DNA of 64,000 nucleotides from an uncultured Thermoplasmatales archaeon (GTDB lineage Archaea; Thermoplasmatota; E2; DHVEG-1): NCBI GenBank assembly GCA_964346655.1, contig CAYFVP010000126.1, positions 7,877 to 71,876 of the forward strand, read 5' to 3'. Shown piece by piece: positions 49,101 to 57,422 of this stretch (position 1 is its first letter; each line of letters starts with the position of its first letter). The notes under the pieces were generated by a model. It saw only the letters and a program-made list of their open reading frames with translations, ran no database searches and was not told where the DNA came from. The position numbers and the translations under genes were made by a program.

Positions 49101-49184
49101 TTTTTTTCATCTTCTGCTTTTGGAAACAAGGCATCAGATGTTAGGGGTGCAGAATTTTCTTTAATTGGAATACAATTTTTATAA
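46152..49184 (+). CDS. Secreted PQQ-like 8-bladed beta-propeller protein with four tandem PKD domains and ~250 aa unknown C-terminal domain
   Basis: 1010 aa; 8x 'YCLxAxTGxxIWxY' repeats; four ~90 aa 'TFDASxSYDxDGxIxLYEWDWDNDGTYDES' PKD units. Confidence 0.75.
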   Translation: MLFSACVIPGINSNININYIQESKLEIINNLGIKINQIPNNIGDINSWPMFHHDLENTGYSNSIAPDADVLKWSFSLGNSVSSPVVTNDKVYVGESMGKMYCLDAESGNEIWSYISDSGIYFSAPAIYDGKVYIQTADEFICLDANTGDFIWSYSPCGGWSSPAVIEGKVYFGSDNNNVYCLNAYTGDKIWNYQTGGKVKSSPAVVNGKVFIGSDDNYVYCLNANSGSKIWSFLTGNLVESSPAVVNGKVYIGSADAYMYCIDAETGDEIWSYAPCCVKISSPAIAYGKVYAGTTCEASVYCLNAETGEKLWRFQTGGHVWSAPAVADGKVYVGSLDSKIYCLFAETGIEIWNYQTGGNVITSPAIADEKLYISSNNGKIYCFTSENQPPVPLFDWEPEYPEPGEIVTFDASDSFDTDGTIVLYEWDWDNDGAYDESHTTSTATHVWYEVSLYPVTLRVTDDDGATDTKTKIVFVGIMPPVADFTWTPEIPEPDETVTFDASDSYDADGTIVLYEWDWDNDGTYDESYIIPTAEHSWPEEGSYTVKLRVTDDDDLTDTCKKVIHIGVIPPIADFSWSPQVPQSGKVVTFDASGSYDLDGFIELYEWDWDNDGTYDESSTVHITQHTWFETGNYPVTLKVTDNSNAYDTVTNIIHVINRAPIGDFKWTPAYPLPGEIVIFDASGSYDPDGVIVLYEWDWDNDGTFDESSTTPVATRSWEEKGSYYITLRVTDNNEKIDRVTRTVKVSGEIITEANWGDSNFSGDPAGSFLTYKLQKWHGYESSNNKAWSQVDLNVWFPKFRKNVFNKMDNTDPFPKIRSINLPIIQKFTNFFLKIISKPIQRSNQNVHTLKFEENVKLNKAGRQGLSWASVGITYTPSNTGDTQITLKGKLKGKFTTDIITGSKVDNWVTASLHVVEKDSYIPEENEGESCELFYYNFTSNKKTIDVALNKGFIVSLSEGKEYLIYLKLKTYASLSPKRPILDGFFSSSAFGNKASDVRGAEFSLIGIQFL
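47328..48411 (+). repeat. Four tandem ~270 bp intragenic repeats encoding PKD domains (near-identical DNA stretches)
   Basis: e.g. 'gtaacctttgatgcatcagacag' + 'ggcacaattgttttatatgaatgggattgggataa' recur at ~47381/47641 with ~270 nt period, degenerate copies at ~47911 and ~48181. Confidence 0.8.
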
Positions 49185-49200
49185 ATACATATAAAATTCT

Positions 49201-49890
49201 TTAAATTGGACCTAAAACTCCTCCTAGGTAAAGAACAATAGTAGCGCTACCAGCAACTAAAATATTATCATCAATTATTCCAAACTCATATCTTTCAAAA
49301 AGTGATGCAATAACAGCAGCAATAACCCCCCACACAGGAATAGAAGGAACTCCAGAAAATGCAAAATAATAACCAATGGGTATACACACACCCATCATGT
49401 AGATATTTCCAATAGGATGCTTTTTTCTTTCTTTGAATGCAAGATTTCTTACTATACCTGTTATACCATCACCAAACGCAATAAAAGCTGGGGGGATAAT
49501 CGCAATCCAAGGATTTCCTAGAATGAACCATAAAATAAAAATAGCAATCCCCCACATAAAACAAAAGCTAACATCATTAAGGTTCTTTTCTGTTTGAAAC
49601 CAGTAAAAAGAATTCCCAGTTTTATGGGCAATATAAACAATTATTGCCATAATAAGCCCCGAAATTAAAGGAAACCAAGGGCTGTTAAATACAAAAGGAA
49701 CAATTAAAACAACAACACCACCAGCAAAAATATGAATAAATTTTCTATTATAATATATGACAACACTTTTTGCAAAACCTTTTTTAAGCAAGTAAAAATA
49801 CAGTTTCTTTGTTAAAAAAACAATTAAAAAAGCATAAGCTGCTAAAACAAACATCCACAATGTTTCAATTATAACTTGTTGATTTAGCAT
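49201..49890 (-). CDS. Polytopic membrane protein, possibly CTP-dependent polyprenol (dolichol) kinase / cytidylyltransferase-like family
   Basis: 229 aa, ~7 TM; 'AFGDGITGIVRN', 'FERYEFGIIDDN' reminiscent of DolK/phytol-kinase C-terminal motifs (weak). Confidence 0.35.
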   Translation of the reverse strand: MLNQQVIIETLWMFVLAAYAFLIVFLTKKLYFYLLKKGFAKSVVIYYNRKFIHIFAGGVVVLIVPFVFNSPWFPLISGLIMAIIVYIAHKTGNSFYWFQTEKNLNDVSFCFMWGIAIFILWFILGNPWIAIIPPAFIAFGDGITGIVRNLAFKERKKHPIGNIYMMGVCIPIGYYFAFSGVPSIPVWGVIAAVIASLFERYEFGIIDDNILVAGSATIVLYLGGVLGPI

Positions 49891-50077
49891 CGCCCCTATT
49901 ATCTATTTATCTTATTTAAACATGATAGAAATATATTTAAAATCTAGTTTATTGTCGAATTTGCAAAGAAATAAAAATAAAGGTCTCAATATTTCATAAA
50001 AAAAAGAAGTTTTGAAACTATTTTGTTTTATTTTTTTGCTACAAAAGCTTAGGACTCCAAAGTCTTAGGAGGAAAAA

Positions 50078-50269
50078 ATGAACGGAAAAATAAAATGGTA
50101 TAATTCAAGAAAAGGTTATGGATTCATTGAAGGTGAAGATGGTAAAGATATTTTTCTTCATAGAAGTTCCATACCACAAGGTGTCTTCTTAAAAGAAGGG
50201 GACAGTATTGAATATGAATTGGAAGACACAGAAAGAGGCCCAAAGGCAATAAATATTAAAAAAATATAA
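50078..50269 (+). CDS. cspA: Cold-shock protein (CspA family, OB-fold)
   Basis: 63 aa; 'GKIKWYNSRKGYGFIEGEDGKDIFLH' RNP1/RNP2 motifs; SD 'ggagga' upstream. Confidence 0.9.
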   Translation: MNGKIKWYNSRKGYGFIEGEDGKDIFLHRSSIPQGVFLKEGDSIEYELEDTERGPKAINIKKI

Positions 50270-50508
50270 ATTTGAAAGTAAAAAAGAATTTTTAAAAATT
50301 CAATTTTTTACTTAATTTTTATATTTAATAATTTATTAACCAGATATACTAATTCATATTAACATAAAATCATTCTCTATAAAATTCATATATTTTTCTT
50401 ATTTTTAAAAAAATTAAAAGTATACTTTTTAGAAAATTATAAGGATAAAGTCAATGAAAAAATACTTAAACAAAACTAGTATAAGCCGACTCGGATTGTG
50501 AAAGGTTA

Positions 50509-51447
50509 ATGAAAACATTTGTAACTGGTGGTGCTGGATTTATTGGCAGCCATTTAGTAGATAAGCTTCTTAGTAGAGGTAACTATGTTACATCTTTTGA
50601 TAATCTTTCTTCTGGGAAAAAAGAATTTTCTACTAAACATTTAAAAAATGACCATTTTAGGTTTGTTGAATCAGATTTATTAGATTTAACACGTTTAAAA
50701 AAAGAAATTAAAAATCACGATGTGATCTTCCATATTGCAGCAAATCCTTTTGTTAGACTTGGTGAAAAACAAACAAAACTTGACTTAGAGCAAGGTGCAA
50801 TTGCGACATACAATTTACTTGAGGCAATGAGGCTTAATAATATAAAAAAAATTGCTTTTTCTTCAAGTAGTGTAGTATATGCAGAAACTCCAGATATTTT
50901 TATACCTGAAACCTATGGTCCAACATTACCTATATCACTCTATGGAGCAAGTAAACTTGCTGCAGAAGGTTTAATTAGTGCTTTTTGTGGAACATTTGAT
51001 TTTCAAGCTTGGATTTTTAGATTTGCAAATGTTATAGGAAGCCGAGGAACTCATGGTGTAATAGTTGATTTTATAAATAAACTAAGGAAAAATCCAAAGC
51101 AACTTGAAATCCTTGGAGATGGTAAACAATGTAAACCATATCTTCATGTCTTAGATATTGTTGATGCAATGCTTTTTGGGTTTGAGCATTCTAAAGATCA
51201 AGTTAATCTTTTTAATATCGGTTGCGATAGTAGCACAACTGTTACTAGAATTGCAGAGATGGTTGTTGATGAAATGGGACTTGATGATGTTGAATTTAAA
51301 TATACAGGTGGTCCTAGAGGTTGGCCAGGCGATGTTCCTCGTTTTCAACTTGATGCAAGTAAAATAAATAAACTTGGTTGGAATGAACATTACACATCTG
51401 ATGAAGCTGTAAGAAAAGCTATAAGAGAATTACTAAATAATCAATAA
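50509..51447 (+). CDS. NAD-dependent sugar-nucleotide epimerase/dehydratase (extended SDR)
   Basis: 312 aa; 'FVTGGAGFIGSHLVDKLL', 'YGASK' catalytic motif. Confidence 0.85.
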   Translation: MKTFVTGGAGFIGSHLVDKLLSRGNYVTSFDNLSSGKKEFSTKHLKNDHFRFVESDLLDLTRLKKEIKNHDVIFHIAANPFVRLGEKQTKLDLEQGAIATYNLLEAMRLNNIKKIAFSSSSVVYAETPDIFIPETYGPTLPISLYGASKLAAEGLISAFCGTFDFQAWIFRFANVIGSRGTHGVIVDFINKLRKNPKQLEILGDGKQCKPYLHVLDIVDAMLFGFEHSKDQVNLFNIGCDSSTTVTRIAEMVVDEMGLDDVEFKYTGGPRGWPGDVPRFQLDASKINKLGWNEHYTSDEAVRKAIRELLNNQ

Positions 51448-51466
51448 TAATTATGAAGGGAAAAAT

Positions 51467-52468
51467 ATGATTATATCACGTTCACCTGTTAGAATCTCAC
51501 TAGGTGGTGGAGGGACAGACCTTCCTTCTTATTATTCAAAATATGGAGGCGCACTTATTGCTGCAGCAATTGACAAATATACTCTTGTCACTGCCCATAC
51601 CCGTTTTGATGATAAAATAAAATTGAATTACTCAAAAACTGAAATTGTAGATTGTATTGAGGAAATAAAGCACAATATTTTTCGAGAAGGTTTAAAACTT
51701 CTTGATATTAAAAAAGGAATTGAACTTACATCTCTTTCGGATATACCTAGTTCTTCAGGTCTTGGAACGTCCGGGAGTTTTACAATTGCTCTTTTAAATG
51801 TAATTCATACATATAAAAAAGATTTTATCTCTCAAAAGCGTCTTGCAGAAGAAGCATGTAAAATAGAAATAGACATACTAAAAGAGCCTATTGGTAAACA
51901 GGATCAGTATATTGCTGCTTTTGGCGGTATTACTTCTTTTAAATTTGCAAAAGATGGATCTGTTACCATTGAACCTGTAAAAATGACTGATGAAGCTCGG
52001 GATGAACTACATAATAATATAATACTGCTGTACACTGGGATTTCTAGATCAGCATCTAAGATTCTAAAAGAACAAAATGAAAAAAGCAAAAAAGACGAGG
52101 GAAACACTATTGAAACTTTACATGAAATAAAAAAAATCGGACTTAAAACAAAAAAAGCATTTGAAAGTGGAGATATTGATAAACTTGGGGAATTTTTAGA
52201 TGAACATTGGAAAATTAAAAAGAATCTTTCCAAAGATATTTCAAATTCTTTTATTGATGAATGCTACATGCATGCAAAGAAAAATGGTGCTTTAGGTGGA
52301 AAAATAATGGGTGCTGGTGGCGGTGGATTTTTTATGTTTTATCATAATGGAAATAATACACAAAAAACAGCATTTATTAAAGAAATGGAAAAAAAAGGTC
52401 TAATTAGAGTAAGGTATAATTTTGATTTTGAAGGATCAAAAATAATTCTAAATATGAAAAATATTTGA
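51467..52468 (+). CDS. hddA: GHMP sugar kinase, D-glycero-D-manno-heptose-7-phosphate kinase (HddA-like)
   Basis: 333 aa; 'MIISRSPVRISLGGGGTDLPSYY' HddA-like N-terminus; GHMP motif 'PSSSGLGTSGSFTIALL'. Confidence 0.75.
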   Translation: MIISRSPVRISLGGGGTDLPSYYSKYGGALIAAAIDKYTLVTAHTRFDDKIKLNYSKTEIVDCIEEIKHNIFREGLKLLDIKKGIELTSLSDIPSSSGLGTSGSFTIALLNVIHTYKKDFISQKRLAEEACKIEIDILKEPIGKQDQYIAAFGGITSFKFAKDGSVTIEPVKMTDEARDELHNNIILLYTGISRSASKILKEQNEKSKKDEGNTIETLHEIKKIGLKTKKAFESGDIDKLGEFLDEHWKIKKNLSKDISNSFIDECYMHAKKNGALGGKIMGAGGGGFFMFYHNGNNTQKTAFIKEMEKKGLIRVRYNFDFEGSKIILNMKNI

Positions 52469-53085
52469 AGAGGATATTTATGGAAAATGAACAGCAAATC
52501 GAACAATATTTTAAAGAAATAAAGGAAATCTGTGATAACATTTCAAGGAAAGATATTGATAGGGTAATAGAACTTTTATTTAATGCTTGGAAAGATGGTA
52601 ATCAAGTTTTTTTCTGTGGAAATGGTGGTAGCGCGGGAACTGCAACTCATTTTATGTGTGATCTTTTTAAGGTAACAATTGTGGAAGGGAAAAAACGATT
52701 TAGAGCTCATTGTTTGAATGATAATATTCCTCTAATGACTGCACTAATTAATGATGTTGGCTTTGACAATCTATTTATTGAGCAGTTAAAAAATCTCTAT
52801 CGTAAAGGAGATATATTGGTATGCTTTAGCGTTCATGGAGGAACAGGTCAAGATAAAGCAGGTTTATGGTCACAGAATTTATTAAAAGCAATGGACTATG
52901 TAAAAAAGAATGGAGGAAAAACAATTGGTTTTGCAGGTTTCGATGGTGGCGCTATGAAAGATATTGCAGATGTATGTGTCATTGTTCCTTATTCAGCAAC
53001 ACCACATGTGGAAGCATTTCACCTCGTTATTGAACATTTAATTGCTTTTAGGCTTAAAGAAAAGATCATGGAATACAAAGATTAA
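52465..53085 (+). CDS. gmhA: SIS-domain sedoheptulose-7-phosphate isomerase (GmhA-like)
   Basis: 206 aa; 'VFFCGNGGSAGTATHFMCDL'. Confidence 0.8.
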   Translation: MKRIFMENEQQIEQYFKEIKEICDNISRKDIDRVIELLFNAWKDGNQVFFCGNGGSAGTATHFMCDLFKVTIVEGKKRFRAHCLNDNIPLMTALINDVGFDNLFIEQLKNLYRKGDILVCFSVHGGTGQDKAGLWSQNLLKAMDYVKKNGGKTIGFAGFDGGAMKDIADVCVIVPYSATPHVEAFHLVIEHLIAFRLKEKIMEYKD

Positions 53086-53086
53086 A

Positions 53087-53680
53087 ATGAAAAATAGAGC
53101 AATTTTTTTAGATAGAGACGGCGTTATTAATGAAGTTGTTTATCATAAAGAAATGGGAATTGTTAATTCCCCTTTTACTTTAGATCAATTTTGTCTTAAA
53201 CCTGATGTTGGAAAAGCAATTAATAATTTTCACAATCAGGGTTTTTTAGTAATAATTATATCCAATCAACCAGGAATAGCAAAAAATAATTATGATATGG
53301 ATACATTTGAAAAAATAAGGAAAAAGATGCATTCAAAATTGGCAGAGGTTAACGCTGAAATTGATGCCGAGTATTATTGTTTTCACCATCCTGATGCAAA
53401 AATTGATAAATATAAAAAAATCTGTGATTGCAGAAAACCAAACCCAGGTATGATAATTCATGCCGCCAAGGATTTTGAAATTAATCTTACTAAATCATGG
53501 ATGATTGGCGATGGTATTAATGATATGCAAGCTGGAATTGCTGCTGGCTGTAAAACAATTCTCATAGGAAGAATGAAATGCGATCTTTGTAAAATTTTAG
53601 ACGATGAAGGTGCTAAACCTGATTTTATTGCATTAAATCTAAATAAGGCTTCTATGATTACCGAAAAGGAAAGGGTATAA
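53087..53680 (+). CDS. gmhB: HAD-IIIA D,D-heptose-1,7-bisphosphate phosphatase (GmhB-like); start taken at ATG 53087 rather than the overlapping ORF start 53042
   Basis: 'AIFLDRDGVIN' motif I; Zn-binding 'CFHHPDAKIDKYKKICDCRKP'; 'MIGDGINDMQAG'. Confidence 0.8.
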   Translation: MKNRAIFLDRDGVINEVVYHKEMGIVNSPFTLDQFCLKPDVGKAINNFHNQGFLVIIISNQPGIAKNNYDMDTFEKIRKKMHSKLAEVNAEIDAEYYCFHHPDAKIDKYKKICDCRKPNPGMIIHAAKDFEINLTKSWMIGDGINDMQAGIAAGCKTILIGRMKCDLCKILDDEGAKPDFIALNLNKASMITEKERV

Positions 53681-53681
53681 T

Positions 53682-54350
53682 ATGGAGATATTTTTAGATA
53701 CTGCTAATACAGATGAAATCGCTGAAATTCTTGAATGGGGAATATTTACTGGTGTTACTACAAATCAAAAAATTTTTTTAAAAGAGAAAGGGTGTAATTT
53801 CAAAGAACAATCAAAAAAGATATTAAAAATGGTTGAACCATATCCTGTAAGTCTTGAAGGGCCAAACAATTTAGATGAACTTATACAGACTGCAAAGGAA
53901 TATGCCACTTGGGGAAAAAATGTAATAATTAAAGTTCCAATGCTTGCTGATGGAAGTGGTCTAAAAGCTGTTAAAATATTAGAAAGTCAAGGAATTAAAT
54001 GTAATGTTACAGCGATGATGAGTGTAAATCAGGCATTTTTAGCAATTGTAGCTAGTGCTTCTTATGCAAGTCTTTTTTTCAATAGAATTCGTGATTCAGG
54101 TGCTGATCCCATAAAAGTTGTAAGAGAATCTAGAGCAATTATTGATAATGGCGGTTTTAAAACAAAGCTTATTGTGGGAAGCATTAGAAAACCATCTGAT
54201 GTTATTGATATTATTTCTGCAAATCCACATATAATTACAATACCTTATAAAATTTTAAAAGAAATGCCGTATCATGAAAGAACTGTTTCAACTCTTGAAG
54301 AGTTTGACAGAGCTTGGGAAGAATTTAAAAAAGCAGAAAAAATGTGTTGA
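53682..54350 (+). CDS. Transaldolase / fructose-6-phosphate aldolase family (short type)
   Basis: 222 aa; 'MEIFLDTANTDEI' N-terminus, 'IIKVPM' Schiff-base Lys region. Confidence 0.85.
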   Translation: MEIFLDTANTDEIAEILEWGIFTGVTTNQKIFLKEKGCNFKEQSKKILKMVEPYPVSLEGPNNLDELIQTAKEYATWGKNVIIKVPMLADGSGLKAVKILESQGIKCNVTAMMSVNQAFLAIVASASYASLFFNRIRDSGADPIKVVRESRAIIDNGGFKTKLIVGSIRKPSDVIDIISANPHIITIPYKILKEMPYHERTVSTLEEFDRAWEEFKKAEKMC

Positions 54351-54493
54351 TTAATTTTTACCTTTTTTTAAATTTTGTACAATAGTTGAATTAATAATAT
54401 TGAATCGAAAAAAAGATTATTTTAAAGATATTTTCTCAATTGTGAAATTTTCAAAAGATAATTTTAAATATTTTATTACAATAAAAATATTAA

Positions 54494-55060
54494 TTGTTAA
54501 GGGAAAAAATGAAAAAACAAAAAGTAATATTTGTAATATCTCTAGTAATAATAGCAGTTGGATTAAGTGGATGTTTTGAGGAAAATAAATCAAATCAAAA
54601 TAAAAAATTTGAAACAGTTCCTTTAAAAGACCTAGGCCTAAAAATTGGAGATCTTCCTAGTGATTATATGCAATACTATACTGGAAAAAGATATTTAAGT
54701 GTATTTTCAAATCAATCAAGTGAATCAATAGTTACATGGTTTTCAAAAGGTAATATTTCCAATTTAAAAGATTCTGAGTTGGTAACTTGTGAATTAAATA
54801 AATTTGACACGGCAAGTGATGCAAATCAAAGATATAAAATAACAATAGATTTTTTATTATCAGATCAAAATTATTCTATTATTAATGAATCAATAAATAG
54901 AATCGGGGATGAATCAAAAGACTTATCAAAAGAGGGTTTTACAGATCTTCTTACATTCAGAATATCAAATATTATTGTTGTTATGAGCTCCTATAATTAT
55001 TCATTTACTTTTAATTTAGCCAAAATTGTGGAACAAAGAATCTATGATAACGCTTTTTAA
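54494..55060 (+). CDS. Hypothetical secreted lipoprotein-like protein
   Basis: 188 aa; signal peptide + 'LSGCFEEN'. Confidence 0.4.
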   Translation: MLREKMKKQKVIFVISLVIIAVGLSGCFEENKSNQNKKFETVPLKDLGLKIGDLPSDYMQYYTGKRYLSVFSNQSSESIVTWFSKGNISNLKDSELVTCELNKFDTASDANQRYKITIDFLLSDQNYSIINESINRIGDESKDLSKEGFTDLLTFRISNIIVVMSSYNYSFTFNLAKIVEQRIYDNAF

Positions 55061-55135
55061 TTGCTTATTTTTCATAAACTAGTTTAAAGTATAGGAAAAC
55101 TTTTAACAAATTATTATTTTACGCTTAATTGCCCT

Positions 55136-55828
55136 ATGCAAATGGTAATATTATGTGGAGGACTTGCAACAAGACTTGGTAACCTTGTGAAAGATACACC
55201 TAAATCAATGATAAAAATTGAAGGTAAACCATTTCTAGAATACCAAATCGAGAATTTAAAAAATAATTCAATTAAAGATATAGTTTTATGTGTTGGTCAT
55301 TTATCAGAAAAAATAAAAGATTATTTTGAGAACGGAAAAAAGTTTGGTGTCAATATTAGATATAGTAATGATGGTAAAAAACTTCTTGGACCAATTGGTG
55401 CATTAAAAAATGCTCAATTGTTTCTTGAAGATGTTTTTTTTATAATGTATGGAGATTCCTATTTATCTTTTGATTTTCAAAAAGTCTATTTGCATTTTCT
55501 AAAAGAAAACAAACTCGGACTTATGGTTGTTTATAAAAACTATGATAAATACGATAAGAGTAATTTAATTGTAAAAAATAATTTGGTTACCGGTTATAAT
55601 GAATATAATAAAGCAGAAGAAATGAAATATATTGATTATGGAGCATCAATATTAAGAAAAAAATCTTTAGATTTGATACCAAAAAACTTATATTATTCTA
55701 CAGGACAATTCTTTAATGAATTAATAAAAATTCAAGAGCTTCTTGCTTATGAAGTAAAAGAAAGATTTTATCATATTGGCACACTTAATGCTCTTGAAGA
55801 ATTCAGAACCTTTATTAGAAGTAAATGA
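55136..55828 (+). CDS. hddC: Short sugar-1-phosphate nucleotidyltransferase (heptose-1-P guanylyl/nucleotidyltransferase HddC-like by context)
   Basis: 230 aa; 'MQMVILCGGLATRLGNLVKDTPKSMIKIEGKPFLEYQIENLK'. Confidence 0.65.
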   Translation: MQMVILCGGLATRLGNLVKDTPKSMIKIEGKPFLEYQIENLKNNSIKDIVLCVGHLSEKIKDYFENGKKFGVNIRYSNDGKKLLGPIGALKNAQLFLEDVFFIMYGDSYLSFDFQKVYLHFLKENKLGLMVVYKNYDKYDKSNLIVKNNLVTGYNEYNKAEEMKYIDYGASILRKKSLDLIPKNLYYSTGQFFNELIKIQELLAYEVKERFYHIGTLNALEEFRTFIRSK

Positions 55829-56322
55829 AAACCTTGATATACTATTTTTCTATAGTCGAATCCATGAAAATTCTTGCCAAATTTTATAGAATTGAAGATG
55901 CTGATATTGGTGAGAATACAGTAATTAGAGATTTTGTAAACCTCTATGGTTGTAAAATTGGTAAAAATTGTAAAATCGCAGCTTTTGTTGAAATTCAAAA
56001 GGATGTAATAATTGGGAATAATTGTGTAATAGAGGCATTTGCATATATTCCAACAGGTGTGACATTAGAAGACGAAGTTTTTATAGGCCCTCATGTTTGT
56101 TTTACAAATGATAAAAAACCAAAGGCAGTAAATCCTGGGTGGAAATTAATCTCAACAGTAGTAAAAAAAGGCGCGTCAATTGGGGCAGGAGCCGTAATTA
56201 TCTGTGGAATTACTATTGGTAAAGGAGCAATGGTTGGAGCAGGGTCTGTCGTAACAAAGGATGTACCTGAAAAAACACTTGTACTTGGTAATCCTGCAAA
56301 ACCTGTTGGAAAGGTGGAATAA
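55825..56322 (+). CDS. Left-handed beta-helix (hexapeptide) N-acetyltransferase (WbpD/PglD-like)
   Basis: 165 aa; hexapeptide repeats 'IGKNCKIAAFVEIQKDVIIGNNCVIEAFAYI'. Confidence 0.7.
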   Translation: MKTLIYYFSIVESMKILAKFYRIEDADIGENTVIRDFVNLYGCKIGKNCKIAAFVEIQKDVIIGNNCVIEAFAYIPTGVTLEDEVFIGPHVCFTNDKKPKAVNPGWKLISTVVKKGASIGAGAVIICGITIGKGAMVGAGSVVTKDVPEKTLVLGNPAKPVGKVE

Positions 56323-56324
56323 AA

Positions 56325-57422
56325 ATGGATGTAATTCCCCCAGCAAGACCAGTTTTTAATAAAGAGATGGAAGAAGCAGCAATATATGCACTTAGAAACG
56401 AAAGATACATTTTAGGTGAATCAGTAGATAAATTTGAAGAAGATTTTGCCAAGTATATTGGAACAGATTATGCAATATCTGTTAGTTCAGGAACAACTGC
56501 ACTATTTCTTGCTTTAATTGCTGCGGATCTCACTATAGGTGGAGAAATAATAACAGTTGCTAGCTCCTATATTGCAACATCAAACTCCATTCTTCATGCT
56601 AATGGAACACCTATTTTTTGTGATATTAACGATGAATATCTGATAGATGTAAATCAAATACCAAAAAAAATTACTAAAAGATCAAGAGGAATGATGCCCG
56701 TTCATCTCTATGGTCATCCAGCTGATATGCAGGAAATAAATGATATAGCAAAAAAAAATGATTTATTTGTAATTGAAGATTGCGCTCAATCACATGGAGC
56801 AACTTATAAAGAAAAAATGACTGGAACATTATCTTCAATGGGCTGTTTTTCGTTTTATTCAACAAAAAATATGACTGTTTGCGGTGATGGAGGAATGATT
56901 ACAACTAATGATAAAAAAATTGCAGATAAATTAAAACTTCTAAGAAATCATGGTCAGCATCCAAAGAATGTCCATACAATAATTGGTTATACTGCAAGAC
57001 TTAATACAGTAAATGCTGCAATTGGAAGGGTTCAATTAAAGTATCTTCCAATATGGATTGAAGCAAGAAGAAACATTGCAAAAAAATACTTTAATATTCT
57101 TTCTGACATAGAAGAAATAATTTTACCACCAGGAGACACCAATGAAAAAAAACCATCATATCACTTGTTTGAAATTAAAACAAAAAAAAGAGATGAACTT
57201 TTAAATTTCCTAAAAGAAAACAAGATAATTTGTTTAATACACTACCCAACTCCAATTCCCTATCAACCTATATATAAGGAATTATTTGGATATAAAGAGG
57301 GAGCATTTCCTAAAAGTGAAGAGCTATCTGCTCAATCAATGGATCTACCGATGTTTCCTGATTTAATAAATGATCAGATAAATTATATATCAGAAAAAAT
57401 ACATGAATTTTTCAACAGGTGA
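56325..57422 (+). CDS. DegT/DnrJ/EryC1-family PLP-dependent sugar aminotransferase (WbpE-like)
   Basis: 365 aa; 'SSGTTALFLAL', 'EDCAQSHG', PLP-Lys context 'FSFYSTKNMTVCGDGGMITTND'. Confidence 0.85.
   Translation: MDVIPPARPVFNKEMEEAAIYALRNERYILGESVDKFEEDFAKYIGTDYAISVSSGTTALFLALIAADLTIGGEIITVASSYIATSNSILHANGTPIFCDINDEYLIDVNQIPKKITKRSRGMMPVHLYGHPADMQEINDIAKKNDLFVIEDCAQSHGATYKEKMTGTLSSMGCFSFYSTKNMTVCGDGGMITTNDKKIADKLKLLRNHGQHPKNVHTIIGYTARLNTVNAAIGRVQLKYLPIWIEARRNIAKKYFNILSDIEEIILPPGDTNEKKPSYHLFEIKTKKRDELLNFLKENKIICLIHYPTPIPYQPIYKELFGYKEGAFPKSEELSAQSMDLPMFPDLINDQINYISEKIHEFFNR

Noticed and set aside
50040-50077. Imperfect inverted repeat 'aggactccaaagtcttagga' in the csp leader as a riboswitch or ncRNA
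   Set aside because: It is short and imperfect and overlaps the SD region. It is most simply a leader stem typical of csp mRNAs and does not support a separate RNA gene.
53042-53086. Upstream extension of the GmhB ORF overlapping gmhA by 44 nt
   Set aside because: The HAD motif I ('AIFLDRDGVIN') begins right after the internal ATG at 53087. That ATG sits 1 nt after the gmhA stop, so the extension is almost certainly not translated.
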